In this document: positions 37,885 through 50,473 of the stretch, in pieces
Layout: each line of letters begins with the position of its first letter
Position numbering within the stretch: the first letter of the stretch is position 1
Assembly: GCA_016748015.1 (NCBI GenBank)
Contig: JAAOMT010000620.1
Span: 36,940-100,939 of the forward strand
Source: Geosiphon pyriformis uo1
Lineage: Eukaryota > Fungi > Glomeromycota
DNA length: 64,000 nt
Reading direction: 5' to 3'
Notes under the pieces: model-generated
Database searches by the model: none
What the model was told of the DNA's origin: nothing
Seen by the model: the letters and a program-made list of their open reading frames with translations, nothing else
Program-made: the position numbers and the translations under genes

Positions 37885-38651
37885 CCTGAAACTCTATATG
37901 AAGATTTTTAATATTATTATTTTGTATTGAGTAGTCATCAAAAGTTTGTAGACATTCAGCCATTATAATTAAATATTGATTCAAAGCCTCTTTAATTGCA
38001 TAATATAAACAGCTAAATAATTAGATTCAAGAAAAAGCCGAAAATACTTCTTTTGGACATCAACTTGAAAATAAGTTTAAATTATTACTTCAATGCAGTT
38101 GAGACAGATTCACTCCAGATGATTTTCATTGATTATATGATAATAAAGAAGCTACAATAAAAGGAATTAAAGTAGAAAAAGCCTGCTAGCTTATTGGCAG
38201 ATATAACCCACAATTGTGAGACTTTAAAGATAATTGGTTGGATAAAAAAAGAAGTTTTATTTTTTCTCTTAGAAATGGCAAAACCAAAAATGCTAGACTT
38301 AGCAATTTTGTTGGTGAAAATGGACTTTAGAATAAACAAAATTGTAAACTCTCTTTTGGAAGAATATCTTATTGTCTGGCAGATTTAAATTTCTTCCAGG
38401 GTGCTGTTGTTTAAGAGAAAAGATTATAAGCCTGCCATATTGCTTGGCCCAGAATATCAGCAGGTGAATTTCTTTGCCAAGAAGTATGAAGTTTTTTATA
38501 TCAAAAATAGATAAATTTAATTTTATTTAATTCAATCATACATTTCTCAAAAAGTAATACCCTATTCTGGAAATTTTCATTGGCAGAATATTCTATAGCC
38601 TACTTTATGCCAGATAATAAAGTTGCAATATATGATCGTGTTTCACCTCGC
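37885..38651 (-). pseudogene. Multi-exon hypothetical gene remnant, possibly continuing into the tandem array
   Basis: After ttag: RGETRSYIATLLSGIK*AIEYSANENFQNRVLLFEK|gt. Next exon LHTSWQRNSPADILGQAIWQAYNLFS*...NLHIEFQ|GTAAG holds one frame for ~600 bp with scattered stops. Confidence 0.55.
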
Positions 38652-38778
38652 TAATTAAAATGAAAATTTTAGAAAATGTTTGGTTTTTTACAGGCAGTGA
38701 AATAAAAATACACTAAAATCAATATTCAATAAGGTAACTTTGAATAAAATAGATGTTTTCTATGCAGTATTTTTTAAA

Positions 38779-39006
38779 ATGGAGTTTTTTTTCTAATAAA
38801 CTCGAAATACCTAATTTTGTTCCTTTATTTTTATTGAAAATTAAAATTCCTAATATTCAAAAAAATGCAATTAAAAATTCTTTTATAACTATCTGTTTTC
38901 TCAAAACTTCAGTTTGCATTTCAAAAAATGAATTTTGTAATTCAAATTTAACTGATAAATGTTCTCAAAACTTGAAGGTTATTGAATATATTGTTAATTA
39001 AAACAA
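38779..39006. repeat. Dispersed ~230-bp repeat, copy 2 (related to 1-250)
   Basis: Same colinear matches as listed for copy 1. Confidence 0.75.
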
Positions 39007-39009
39007 TTT

Positions 39010-39357
39010 ATTTGCGGATTGGTTTCCTGAATCTGTTTATAAGTTTGGTCAGGTTGACGTTGCTGCTCTACATATCATTGATCTTGTTCGAGGTTAGGTC
39101 GTGGCCCACAGGGATCTGATCTGGCGAAGTGTAAGAAGAGGGGTCTAATTTATGATGCTGGTTTTGTAATTTCTGATGTTAGAGGTTTGGCTTTTTTGCT
39201 CAATGATGTAGCATTTCATAAGATTAATTTTGAATTTTGGTTTTGTTAAGGGCTTATTCTTAATCTCGGATTTGTGTCGGTCCCCAGAGTATGGCTGGCT
39301 TGGGTGGCTGATCACATGTGATTAAGCATGAGCCTTCGTTATTACATAATAAAAAAA
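39010..39357 (+). mobile_element. 5'-truncated LINE 3' end (ORF2 tail, 3' UTR, short A-tail)
   Basis: FADWFPESVYKFGQVDVAALHIIDLVRG*VVAHRDLIW aligns with FNEWFCKAVSVFHNPKIAVLEIVKFVHSLGLAFREDVW of the intact LINE. The 3'-UTR motif gggtggctgatcacatgt and a terminal A-run follow. Confidence 0.75.
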
Positions 39358-41539
39358 GATATATTATAAAATTTGAATTTTTTAATAAAAAGTTAGCGTA
39401 ATATTAAACAAATTTTTAACAAATTTAAATTAATAACAGAAAATAATTTAAATTTTAAAAATATAATATTTAATATTTAAAATAACAAAATAATGTATAA
39501 ACAAAAATTATTTAATAAACATAGTAAACTTATATTATATTTCAAAAAATATTTATTTAAATAAAGTTTGTAACCTTTATTGAAAAATATGTTTTATTCA
39601 AACTGTTAGAAAAGGCATAAACAATTTATTATTACATTTTTTCTAGTTAAATAAATGATTTATGCATTTTATATTACATAAAAAAATTTATATTGGGAAA
39701 AATACTTGGATTCTCAAATTTCTACTGCAAAACGTGGGAATTAATTAAATAAAAAAAAAAGTGGTGACAAATCTTTTTGCAATTAAATTATATTAATTTT
39801 ATTTATATTAATATCTGATTAGTCATAGTTTATATATAATAAGAAATATAAATTAATAAGTATTTATTAATATTTTGTAAAGACCAGTTTTAAAAAATGA
39901 AAATAAACAGTTTTAAATTTAAATTTTTCTATATATTTATTACTCTATTTATTAAAAAGTAATTTCTTAACTATGCTGAAGATAAACATAATTTTACTTA
40001 TCATTACAAAAAAATAAAATTGAACTATAATCAAATATTTCCAGCTAAAATGGGCTAATACTGAAAACTTATTTTTATGTTTTGTCTAACATAACCAAAA
40101 ATTAATGATAATCTCAATTGGAATATTTTTATTCTGAAGGGATAGAAAAAACAAGAGGAACATTAATTAGAAAAATTATTTATTAAAAAAAATGTCAAAA
40201 TTTACTAATAACTATTCGTTTTAGAAAGATAAATTTATGAATTAACTTGATCCTCTTAGCACCTATGCATTGTGGTTTTAATTTTTCTCTACTTGTAATA
40301 TTCAAAATTAAAGAATAAGATCCAACTTTCATGATCGAAAAAGTTATAAGCTCTATTATTTGATACTTCCTAAATAAAAATATAAATAAAACTTGGTTCC
40401 CTTTCAATTTTATAAATTAAGATCCAATAAATTATGACGTAAAATTTTAGGGATTATAAATTTATTAAAAATTATATGGTTATTTTGTTTTATTTATAAA
40501 TTAATTAGAAAGCTATAATATCATTTCATTCTTCAAACTTTGCTTAGCCTGATTTGGAGAAAAGATCTAGCGTATGTTAAAAAAAATAAAACTCTTGATT
40601 ACCTTACCAGTAAGCAATCAAAGGCATTTTTATCAAATGTAGTGGAGTTGAGAAAAGGAATTAGAATCTTTTAGGTTAACTTGATTATTTAAACAAATTA
40701 ATTTACCTTGTTAATTATTTAAGCTTTTCAAAAAGTTAGATGAATACCACAATAGAAGAAAATAAAAAATAATTAAAAACAAAATTAATTAGCAATTATT
40801 TTTTTCAAGTAATTGTTTTTTCGAAAATGTATTAATGATTTATTTGTGTAATATTAAAATCCAGTTTTTTAATTGGTTATTACAATTAGAGTTCAATATT
40901 ATAAATCGATTTATAATAATAATTTATTATAGTAACAAATTTTAATATTCCAGAATATTATAAATAAAAATTTGTTAGCTAAAAAAATTTTCATATATAA
41001 AATTTTTATTACTTAAAATAATATTTATTAATATTTATATAAATTAAAAATTTGTTTATATAATTCATATATATATAATATTATTGAAAAATTAATTAAA
41101 AATAAAAGTAGAATTATTGTAATACATACATAAATCATCTATATTAATATTAATTTGATGTGTTTTTTAAAATGTACCCATTGATAAAATGTAAAATATA
41201 ACATTTGATGTATTAAACCAAAAGAAAAAAAATTATTTTAAGTTTAAGTAAGCTTGGTCAATTGAAATGTTAATTTAGGTAGATATTACAAATATGTATA
41301 AATAATGTTTCAAAAGAATAAGGTTTTCAAAACGTGTTTGTGCATAAATAAAATTGATAAGCAAACGCCTTATATTTAATAACTTTTGTTCAAAAAGTTT
41401 CTCTTAAAAGAGATATGAAAGTATATATATGCTAATAAATTATATTTTGAAGAACCGATTCCTCTCTCAATTCTTGATTTTCATATCATCAATAAAGGTC
41501 TTTAGATTAAAAGCTTTTTGAATATAATAAATGAAAGGC

Positions 41540-41900
41540 TTACCATTTGTAGAAAATCCAGGTTTTGAGATTATTGAATTTTATATCTTGCCATATTATG
41601 ACATGCTAGCATCTTGTATCTTTTCTTTTTTCATAAACAAATTCATTCACTTTGCATCTGATAATTTTTTTTGAGATGCATACTTTTCTATTATAGAAAA
41701 CTTTCCATCGATCACATCTGAAATAGTTTTCTAGTAAATGATGACAAAACCATAGATATCCTTATTCTTAGTATTAGAGGCCCCGTTACAAATCTTAGGT
41801 GCTAAATATTCAATAACTACATAAATTTTGGCTGACTGTGGATAATAATTTACCGAATAAAAGAGTTCAAGATCAGAAATACAACTTTTAAGGATTATCC
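41540..41900 (-). pseudogene. Kinase C-lobe fragment paralogous to 14905-15445
   Basis: ISDLELFYSVNYYPQSAKIYVVIEYLAPKICNG..KDIYGFVII versus IFDLELCCSTDYIPQSRKIYGVLKYFASEICKE..NIYSFAII. Both end in ISKP.FSTN followed by gtaag. Confidence 0.7.
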
Positions 41901-43671
41901 ATAATTATTAAGAATTTTATGTTGTGCCTAATTTTTTTGACTAACTTATCTAAGCGGACTTAGTTTAAAGCCAATAAATGTTCAAGAGTCTCATAAAAAT
42001 TTACTATTATGTCCACTTTTGGTGAATATCGAGGTTCAAATGCAAAAGCCCAGTAATGGTAGCTTAAAATCAACAAAAACATTTATTATGTATTTTATTT
42101 AGCTGGTAATTGTTTAAAAAATTTCTAATAGAATAAACAATTAATGTTCTTGCCTGCATTAATTTTTTCTCATAGGATATTATTTGGTTTAGGCTTAGTG
42201 ATTTAATAAATAGAAATATTAGTATAGTTATTTTTAGATTATGAGACTTTATTGGAATAAGTTCTATTTATTTCATGCAATCTTAATGAAATTATTGTGT
42301 TATAATGAGGGGAAGTAATATAGAAAATCACTATTAAGTCTAATTACCTTTAATAATCTCTTGTAAAGTTAACCAAGAACTTTTTGAAAAACTAGTCTGT
42401 TTAAGTGTATTAAATCAATCACCCAGTAAGCCTGTTTAAGTAGATTAAATCAAGTGAATTAAATCAATTGCCTATCTAAAAATGTAAATATTTACTGACA
42501 TTCGAACTTTCTGTTATGTGGGTTGAGGCAGGAATTCATTTAAAATAATACGCTCAATTTTATTCAGGTCTTTAAATTAGATAGTTAATTATTTATTAAT
42601 TGTTAATACTTTTCCAATTCTTTGTTATTTGTTGCCCATTGCCAAATCTCTATTTTTTTTAGTATCTCATGTTGAAACTAGACTGAAAATGTAATCTTGA
42701 TCGAGATATGATAATGATGAACACTAAACTTGTTTTGAAATCTTTTGAATGTTTGGAGGCTGTGTTTTAAGTAAAGAGTCATGTTTTCAGATCTCGTGTT
42801 ACAACAGGGAGTACGCGTATTGACAACACCCGGTGGTTTTCCATTTTTTTTACATTATTCAGTCTAGTATATTAATTTTTTTTTCGGATACGAGATATGG
42901 ATGTCATTGTTCTTAATGACTAATCCATCTGTAACCATTTATATTGTTTTCTTAGACAAAGAAAAGAGTTAAATTAAATCCCACGGTTTTAAGGAAGATG
43001 TAAATTTAATTTTCATACTGATTGTAATTAGTCATTTTAGGATAAAAGAGTCAAAAAAAATGAGTCATGAGGATCTGCTTAATATTAAATTAATCATGAG
43101 GATCTGCGTAATAAAAAATTTTCAGAAAGTACCAAGGTTTCAAAAAGTGACGCTTTGTTTTTAATCACTACATATTAGTTAACCCAACCCTTGTATTCTT
43201 GTTTTTGCATTTTTGTGTGAAAAACAAACACATAATTTTTGATCTCAAAATCAACAACTTAGAGGCAGTAACATATATAAAGAGGTGTTCAGCAAAATTT
43301 TATCCTATATGAGATTACTCTTATCTTTATCAGTGACAAATTACTGGTGTCTACCAACTCACGAACCCAACAGCTATAACCAGTATGACTAATAACTCAT
43401 CATTCACAACTCACGAATTCAAAGAACACTAAAAAAATTTAAGAAGTTCATTCTCATCCCCAGTCATACCAATAACAGCAACAGGTCTCAAAGGTTAAAA
43501 GCCTCTAGTTGATGAAACAATTCAGATAAGGGTGTTGATGTATCTCTTCTAGCTCTAAGTGTTGGGTGAGGAAGGGGGGCATCCTTTACCAGAAAGAACC
43601 CCAACCTTAACTGAAGAAACTCAACCAAGCATGGGGTTTTCAACTTCTTTATATCGCCAAATATGGTGTTC

Positions 43672-43945
43672 TCTAACCACTGTGCATGCACCCATTCTGC
43701 CGAATGTCTGTTTTTACTTATGGTCTATGACATGAATTGTTATACCTCTGTGCATGTACCCATTCTGTCGAATGTCTGCTTCCACTGATGGTCAATAACA
43801 TGAATTGTTATACCTCTGTGCATGTATCCATTCTGCTGAATGTCTGCTTCCACTTACGGTCAATGACATAAATTGTTATTTAACCTCTGTGCTTACCGCA
43901 TTCTAGCTAAATGTCTGTTTCCACTTATGGTTATTGATGTGCATC
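43672..43945. repeat. 68-bp minisatellite, 4 copies
   Basis: The anchor ctgtgc occurs at 43680, 43748, 43816 and 43887. Confidence 0.9.
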
Positions 43946-44017
43946 ATGAGTTAAACTATTCCTATCTACTATCTAGTGAAACCACAGCCAACAGAATGGG
44001 CTTGACATTGACGGATA

Positions 44018-44420
44018 ACCACTGTCCACCAATAATTCGCGAATTCAAAATTTGAATAACCACCACCCACCAATAGTTCACAACTCAAAATTTGAATAAC
44101 CACCAGCCATCAAAAATGCGCAAATTCAACATTCAAATAACCATCACCCACCAATAATTTGCAATTCAACATTTGAATATAACCACCCACCAATATTTTG
44201 CGACTCAACATTCGAATAACTACCAGCCATCAAAAATGCACAAATTCAACATTCAAATATAACCACTACCCACCAATAATTTAACTCAACATTCAAATAA
44301 CCATCACCCACCAATAATTCACAACTCAACATTCGAATAACCATCATCCACCAATAATTCACATCTCAACATTTAAATTACCATGCTTACCAGTAATTCG
44401 CAATTCAACATTCGAATAGC
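44018..44420. repeat. ~40-bp minisatellite, ~10 copies, with 120-bp higher-order periodicity
   Basis: Unit ccaccaataattcgcaactcaacattcgaataaccatcac; the variant cagccatcaaaaatgc occurs at 44104 and 44224. Confidence 0.9.
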
Positions 44421-44531
44421 CAATGAATACGAAATAGAAATTCATGAACAATTGATCATCAAATAACTGAATTAAATTTTAGGATTAGGTGGTGAGGAAT
44501 TGATAATTGTTAGTCTGTTATTTATGCCTTG

Positions 44532-44642
44532 CAAGAATAAAGAGTGGGAGGGGGGTAGTTTAAGATTTCTTACAAGAGTGAAAAGCGGGAGGGGGTAGTT
44601 TTAGTTTAAGATTTCTTACAAGAGTAAAGAGCGGGAGGAGGT
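44532..44642. repeat. Three ~40-45-bp copies ending in G-rich purine tracts
   Basis: caagagt.aaaagcgggagggggtagttt(aagatttctta) repeated. Confidence 0.8.
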
Positions 44643-46113
44643 AACCACATTTGTCAATTATCTTTTCTATATCCATCTAGTCTATAGAAAAATTGTTCAT
44701 CCGTTGCCAATTTTGATAAACTCTTGTTATTTACTGTTTATTGTTTAAGCCTATTGAAATTTAATTCAGAAATTTGAAATGATCGATATAAAATATTTAA
44801 GAAACCTAATGTATAATATACTATTGTAATTAATATATGTATTTTTAAATGATAATAGTTTGGTAATAACTTTAAGAATTGCTAATATTGGCTTAAGTCC
44901 AAGCAATAATAACTTTATTTTTAAACCACTGGTTAAATATCCTTGAAACCTTTTTTATGCAAGTTCGGATTTAAATATTAAAATTTAGGCAATATTGAGC
45001 ATACTTAATATACTTTTTCACCGTGTAAAATGAAAACCCTTTACCCTTGCTATCAAAATGTATTAATTTGACCAACTATGAATGAAAAATTTAGCATTTT
45101 CAAAAAAAAACGATGAGTAAATGTACTTGCTAAAAATCATGTTCAGTCTGGTCATTCAATACATTCTTATCGTAAATATGTGAAAATCTTGATTTATTAC
45201 TTGGGAGTTATCGATGCTCAAAATGACTTTGATATATCTTATGATATATTTTCAAAACTGATCACACGCAATAATTCTTGGGTCAAATAGACGAGAGTTT
45301 TATTATTATATAAAATCTAATATCTAAATCTTTTAAATTAAGTTTCGTTTCAATTAATTATGGATTTTATTTATTTATGCAAAAGTGATTTTTTTAATGC
45401 TCAAATTATTTTTGGTACTTTCTAAATTTGATGAAAGAAATATATTCAAAATTTCGGGGGGTATAATAATTCTGAGATTAATATTATAAACTCGTGATAT
45501 AGTAATTTTTTGCATAAAAGTTTTATATTTAAAACAGTTTTGAAAACAAATAATTTTTATTATCATTTAGTATTTAGTATTTAAAAATTTGATCATTGGT
45601 TCATATTAGTTTAATGCATTTATTTTATTAATTTTTTAGTAGAAATTAATAAAAACAAACTTAATATATATATTTTATTTATCTTTTTTATTCTATAATA
45701 AGCTTTTTTAGTAAACGGTTAAAAGCAACCACCAGGCTTTTGTACTATTATTTAAATATTAAATTCTATTATATTCAAAAAACAATTATTATTTTAAAAG
45801 TGATTTGTGGTTTTCATTCTTTAATCACTTTTGGTTGCAAAAGATGGCTTCATTCATAACTGTCTAAAGTAGCTTTTAAATTCGTTTCAATGATAGAGAT
45901 ATAAAAGAATATTAAAGTGAGAGCATTTATAAGTTTTTCAAATGAGCTTTGTATTAGAAAACAGGAAAAACTCATGTTTCAAATATCTCATGCAACCTTG
46001 GCATTAAGTTTTGCATCAAAATTATTCAATATTCAGCTTTGGATTATTTTTCAGAAATGGTAATTTATAGATTAAATATTGATTTACAAATGATTCTGAA
46101 TTTTTCATTACAT

Positions 46114-47300
46114 TTACATATTACAAACAGTCATGAAATGACCAAAATAAGAACCCAAATGAAACATCATAGCTGTGTCCATATCTCCATGAGCATCTGC
46201 ATTACAACTCTTCAAATTAGAATTTTTTTTTAATATACAATTCAACTTCTCGGACAAAAATGATTTTCAAATTCTACCGGTGATTCTAGCCTATATCCTT
46301 CTGTCATCAAAGGTTCTGGATATTCATATACATTTGGTTGTGGTTCACTTCAACGACCTGGACAATCACATGGCGCTCTATCGCCCGGGCATGATGTAAA
46401 AACTCATTGCCGAAATGCAATTTTTAATATTTTGGAACAAAGTCATTGTAGTTTGTCATACAAAATATTTTTCCTTTGGAGTTTTATGTTGACATAGTGA
46501 GAAAACATCAAATTTTCAATCCGTGGTTGCTTGTATGTATAAACATCGATATCTAGCCTCCATTGTTTGCCCCATATAAATCGAGATTGAAAATATAATC
46601 CAGCAAAAACTGCATAGACTTTATAAAAAATTCTAATGAGTTTTTTCAGAAAACTCAAACGTTCCATCATGCAAAATGTTAATGTCAATTCCATTATCCC
46701 CACCAAAACTCCATGCCTAGTAAATACAAGCCTCTTATATTTTCAACGTTTGAGAACCTTATCAATCCTTTTTTCCAATTACGAACGTCCAGCAGAGAAC
46801 TCTTGGTAAAATTCTTCATCAACCATTGAACCTTTAATCTTTTCGTCATATGGAATTTGTGATCTTTCATTTTGAGCAAACTCAATTGTTAAAAATCTTC
46901 TTTTAAAGGAAACTTGAAACTCTTTGTTTAGCCTAACTTTTTCGATTTTCACTGATATTCAAAAATTGTTTCAATTTAAGTTTGATTAGGATGCTTTAGA
47001 AACTTACCATATATGTTTGGGGTTAATTTGTAATTTTCTTCAAAGCAAGAAGCTCTTTGTGAAACAAAAGCATATAATTCAAATTTTGTATTATGATGAT
47101 TAGTTTTGGATAACCATATTTTGTCATTAAGAGATCCTAAACGAACAATATTTGTTGGTGGTGATGAGGAATATCATTGCAAATCATTGCTTATTGTCTT
47201 AAATTTAAAAATCCCTAAAAAAGGAATAAACTTTAAAAACATCCAGACCCATTTTGGAATAAAAAATTTTTCCTTCTAATCGCTCTTCAAATGTTCTGTG
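46114..47300 (-). pseudogene. Class 3 lipase-like gene; disrupted
   Basis: SMVDEEFYQEF, a decayed nucleophile region followed by VYAVFAGL, VYTYKQPRIENLMFSHYVN (TYGQPRIGN motif), GKIFCMTNYNDFVP, LHFGNEF, CDCPG and terminal FHLGSYFGHFMTVCNM*. Frameshifts and stops present. The 5' boundary is approximate. Confidence 0.75.
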
Positions 47301-49179
47301 CTTCCACCTTTAGCATAGCAATCTATGTTTTAAATTATTCGATTTTTACTCTTATATTAGCTGTAAAGAAAATTAAAGATTAGTAATCACATCTTTTGTC
47401 ATAGCACATTTCTATCCGGTCTTTTGTTTTGGAAGTAGAGCAATTTATTAAATTTACATGACTTTTTTGATGTCTTTGTCTGGTTGTAAATAAAATAAAG
47501 GTAAGTTTTGTATCATATTTGTATTAATTCAAATTATTAATTTTCCTTTTATTGTTGATTTTTGTTTGTTCTATGACGATTCATTCCGTGCTCTATCTCA
47601 CAATTATTTGCGATGGAAAATGGTGAAATTTGTATTTTAATTCCCATTTTAAAATTTTGCGTCGCATTCCAAAATGGTCTAAATCCTAACTTGCTCTAGA
47701 ACATATATTTCCAACCAGGCAAATGAAAATCGAAATTTAGAAGATCGAGAAAAATAGTTAAAAACCATAAATTTATTGCAAATCTGCATTACCCTCCAAA
47801 AAGTAACTCCTAATTCGAAATTAAACACAAAAATTCAGTATTTTTCCGATTTACTTTCTTTTTAACAAATAAAGTCTCATATAAAAATATCTAATTGCAA
47901 CACAAACTAAATAATCTGGGATTAGAAAAAGAGCAAAGTCTTAAGAAATACAGATAAAACATAATAACAAAATATTATTATAATATTTTAAACTCATGGC
48001 TTAATTCTAAAAGAAATTAGAACTTAAAAATATATATAATTATTCTAATTCCTTTTAGTGAAAATGTTCTATAATATCTAAAAAATACTTTGTCTTACCC
48101 AACAACTTTTCACACTTCTTGTTTTCTTAACAAACATGGTCTTGGTTTTTTTACCCGTTTTTTTGATTCCAATTTCCACAGTAAGTAGGGAATTCGCAAA
48201 AAAAACTTGTGTTATTTGCTTCCTAAATTTTAGACCGTGCAAAAGGATTAAAAATATTTAAACTTTTAAATGGTTTCAATTAATAGCATTTAAAAAAGAG
48301 AAGTTAACAATGTTCCTCAAGATATGGATGGTTCTCAAACTGGTAATAATTTGTCTGCAAAGATTCTTCACTTCTACCTCAACCTCAATCTTCAACTCGA
48401 AACAATGGAGATTCCATTATAAAAATTAATAGTTCACCTTTAAATTCTAATAGCATTACACGTGTAAATGATTATAGTGCAAATTTACGCTAAAGAAACG
48501 GTATTAAAAATCATTTAAATAAAACTTATATCTTTTATCACAATCAAAAACATTTCTTATATTATATTTTCTATTAATTTTTGTAATTAAGTGTGCCTTT
48601 TATATGATGTTAACTCGTTTTCATTTATTGCTAAATATAATGTTGTCTTTGACAATTAACAAACTCAATTATCAGAACCATTAAGTTTTTTGATATCTAA
48701 GAAATATACAAAAATAAATATTTATACATTATTATATTTTTATTAATTGTTTAACTTAAAAATAAATAAATTTAAATTTTTACATAAAACATAATTTTTT
48801 TAAATTATAAAAGAATAGCCAAAATTGGTTGCAACTCTTCAAAATATGGCTTTAATACGAAAATCAAAAATATATTTTTTTATTGTAAAGAAATACAGTA
48901 TAGCCTATATATACATATACATACAAAAAATAATTTATAAACAAAAGATTTTTGTAAAAAGTTTAAAGACATGTTGAAATCAAAGTAATAAAATAACAAC
49001 TACTATCTAATACTTCTTTTATATTGCTTATTTCCCTTTCCCAATTCCTTATCTTCAAGTATCTGAACATCTGTAGATAAAAGATTATTTATTGGCATTC
49101 ATATATCTTATCTTTTCCTCTTCTTGATTTGTATTGTTAATTAGCCTAAAAAGTGATTGCTTGCTTTTGTGATTCATTG

Positions 49180-50473
49180 AATAAAAAAAATGATTGAAAA
49201 GCACAGCAATACCTGTTATTGATTCTAAGAATTGTTGAGTGAGGCATAGAATAATAACAGCAGTGTTATTTTGTTGACAATTACGAACTATTTTTTTACC
49301 TTCAGATTTCTCAGAAAAGATTAAACGACTGTGATTTTGAGACTCATCATGCACATTGAATCCTTACAAATTCAATTTGTTTCTTTGATTGAATTTCCCC
49401 TTTGATCATTTCTATCACTTTCAATAGTCTTTTTATTTGCTATTTATTAGCTTGTTACTCCAACCCGTAACAATATCATCAAAATGAATACACTTTTTCA
49501 AGAATATTCAATCTATTATTGCGAGAATATTGATTGTTTAAATAGTCAATTAACATTATAAAAAAGATTTTATATCTTTCTATTAACTTCTTTGAATATT
49601 TAGCTCTTTTAATAATATTTTTAATCGATTGAATAGAGAATCAACTTTTTAATTGATTAGGAAAATACCAACCCAATCTCCTATTTCAGATTAGGTTTAA
49701 TTATTGTGCTTTTAAATATCTAACAATAAAAAACTTTTTACTCCAGAAAATTATTGATTACAAAAACATCACTTAGAAATATAAAATTTATTTAACTACT
49801 CAAGATTATTTTAAATAGGTCAAAATTTAAGTATTATAAAAAATAGAAATCAATCTGAAATAAATTTTTAAAATTAACGAGAGAATTTTGGTAGCTAGTT
49901 GAATTACAAATCTTTTTTTGACATTTAATAAGATATTATTTTAGATTTATTAAGCTAGCTTGATTGCTTATGTTAATAAATTAAGGGCTTCTGTTTTATC
50001 ATATCTCTAAAAGTTAAGGATTTAATGGTAAATACATGTAACGAGGATGGTATGATTGATTTTGTTGGAAAAAATAATATTCCATTTTTTTATTAATAAA
50101 AAAATAATAAAAATAGTGATAGATTTCCTTTAGCTAAAAATAAGATAATTCCTTTGACACTTTAAGCATTATTTCTACAATTCATGAAAAATAAAGATTG
50201 AAATTTAGAGAAAACAGAAATAATAAGATTTTATTTATAAAATCATTAAAACTGAGGCAAAGTATCTCTGCAAAGAATTCTTATGTAGAGCTAAATAATA
50301 GAACTATTAAAGTGGATGTTTTTGAAAGCATATTTAATCAAAAATATAAAAATTATTTTGTTGTCATCGATAATAATTTTGTGAAAGATCCACAATATAA
50401 TGAAGTCATCAAGGAAATTCGTAGAAATTTAAAACAGGTAGGTCTTTCATTCATTCAATTAAAAAAATGCTAA
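49180..50473 (+). pseudogene. Fragment of a large Glomeromycota membrane-protein family
   Basis: LRQSISA...TIKVDVFESIFNQKYKNYFVVIDNNFVKDPQYNE resembles the recurring STFNQP...Y.V.IDNNFVKD..Y.EP motif I recall from AMF proteins. The upstream part is decayed. Confidence 0.45.

Larger units (their letters stand above)
43214..44641 (+). mobile_element. Possible LTR-retrotransposon-derived non-coding relic containing two minisatellites
   Basis: A TG...CA-bounded ~125-bp block with a TATA (43274) is followed by tggt; purine tracts (GAGTGGGAGGGGGG and similar) occur at 44540-44641. No matching second LTR or coding domain seen. Confidence 0.25.

Noticed and set aside
44018-44420. CRISPR-like appearance of the 40-bp array (also the 68-bp and 129-bp arrays)
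   Set aside because: Units are contiguous without unique spacers, no cas genes are present, and the context is eukaryotic.
48310-48493. Short ORFs near 48.3-48.5 kb as further peptide genes
   Set aside because: No CaaX, no clear TATA/leader arrangement and no recognisable motif.
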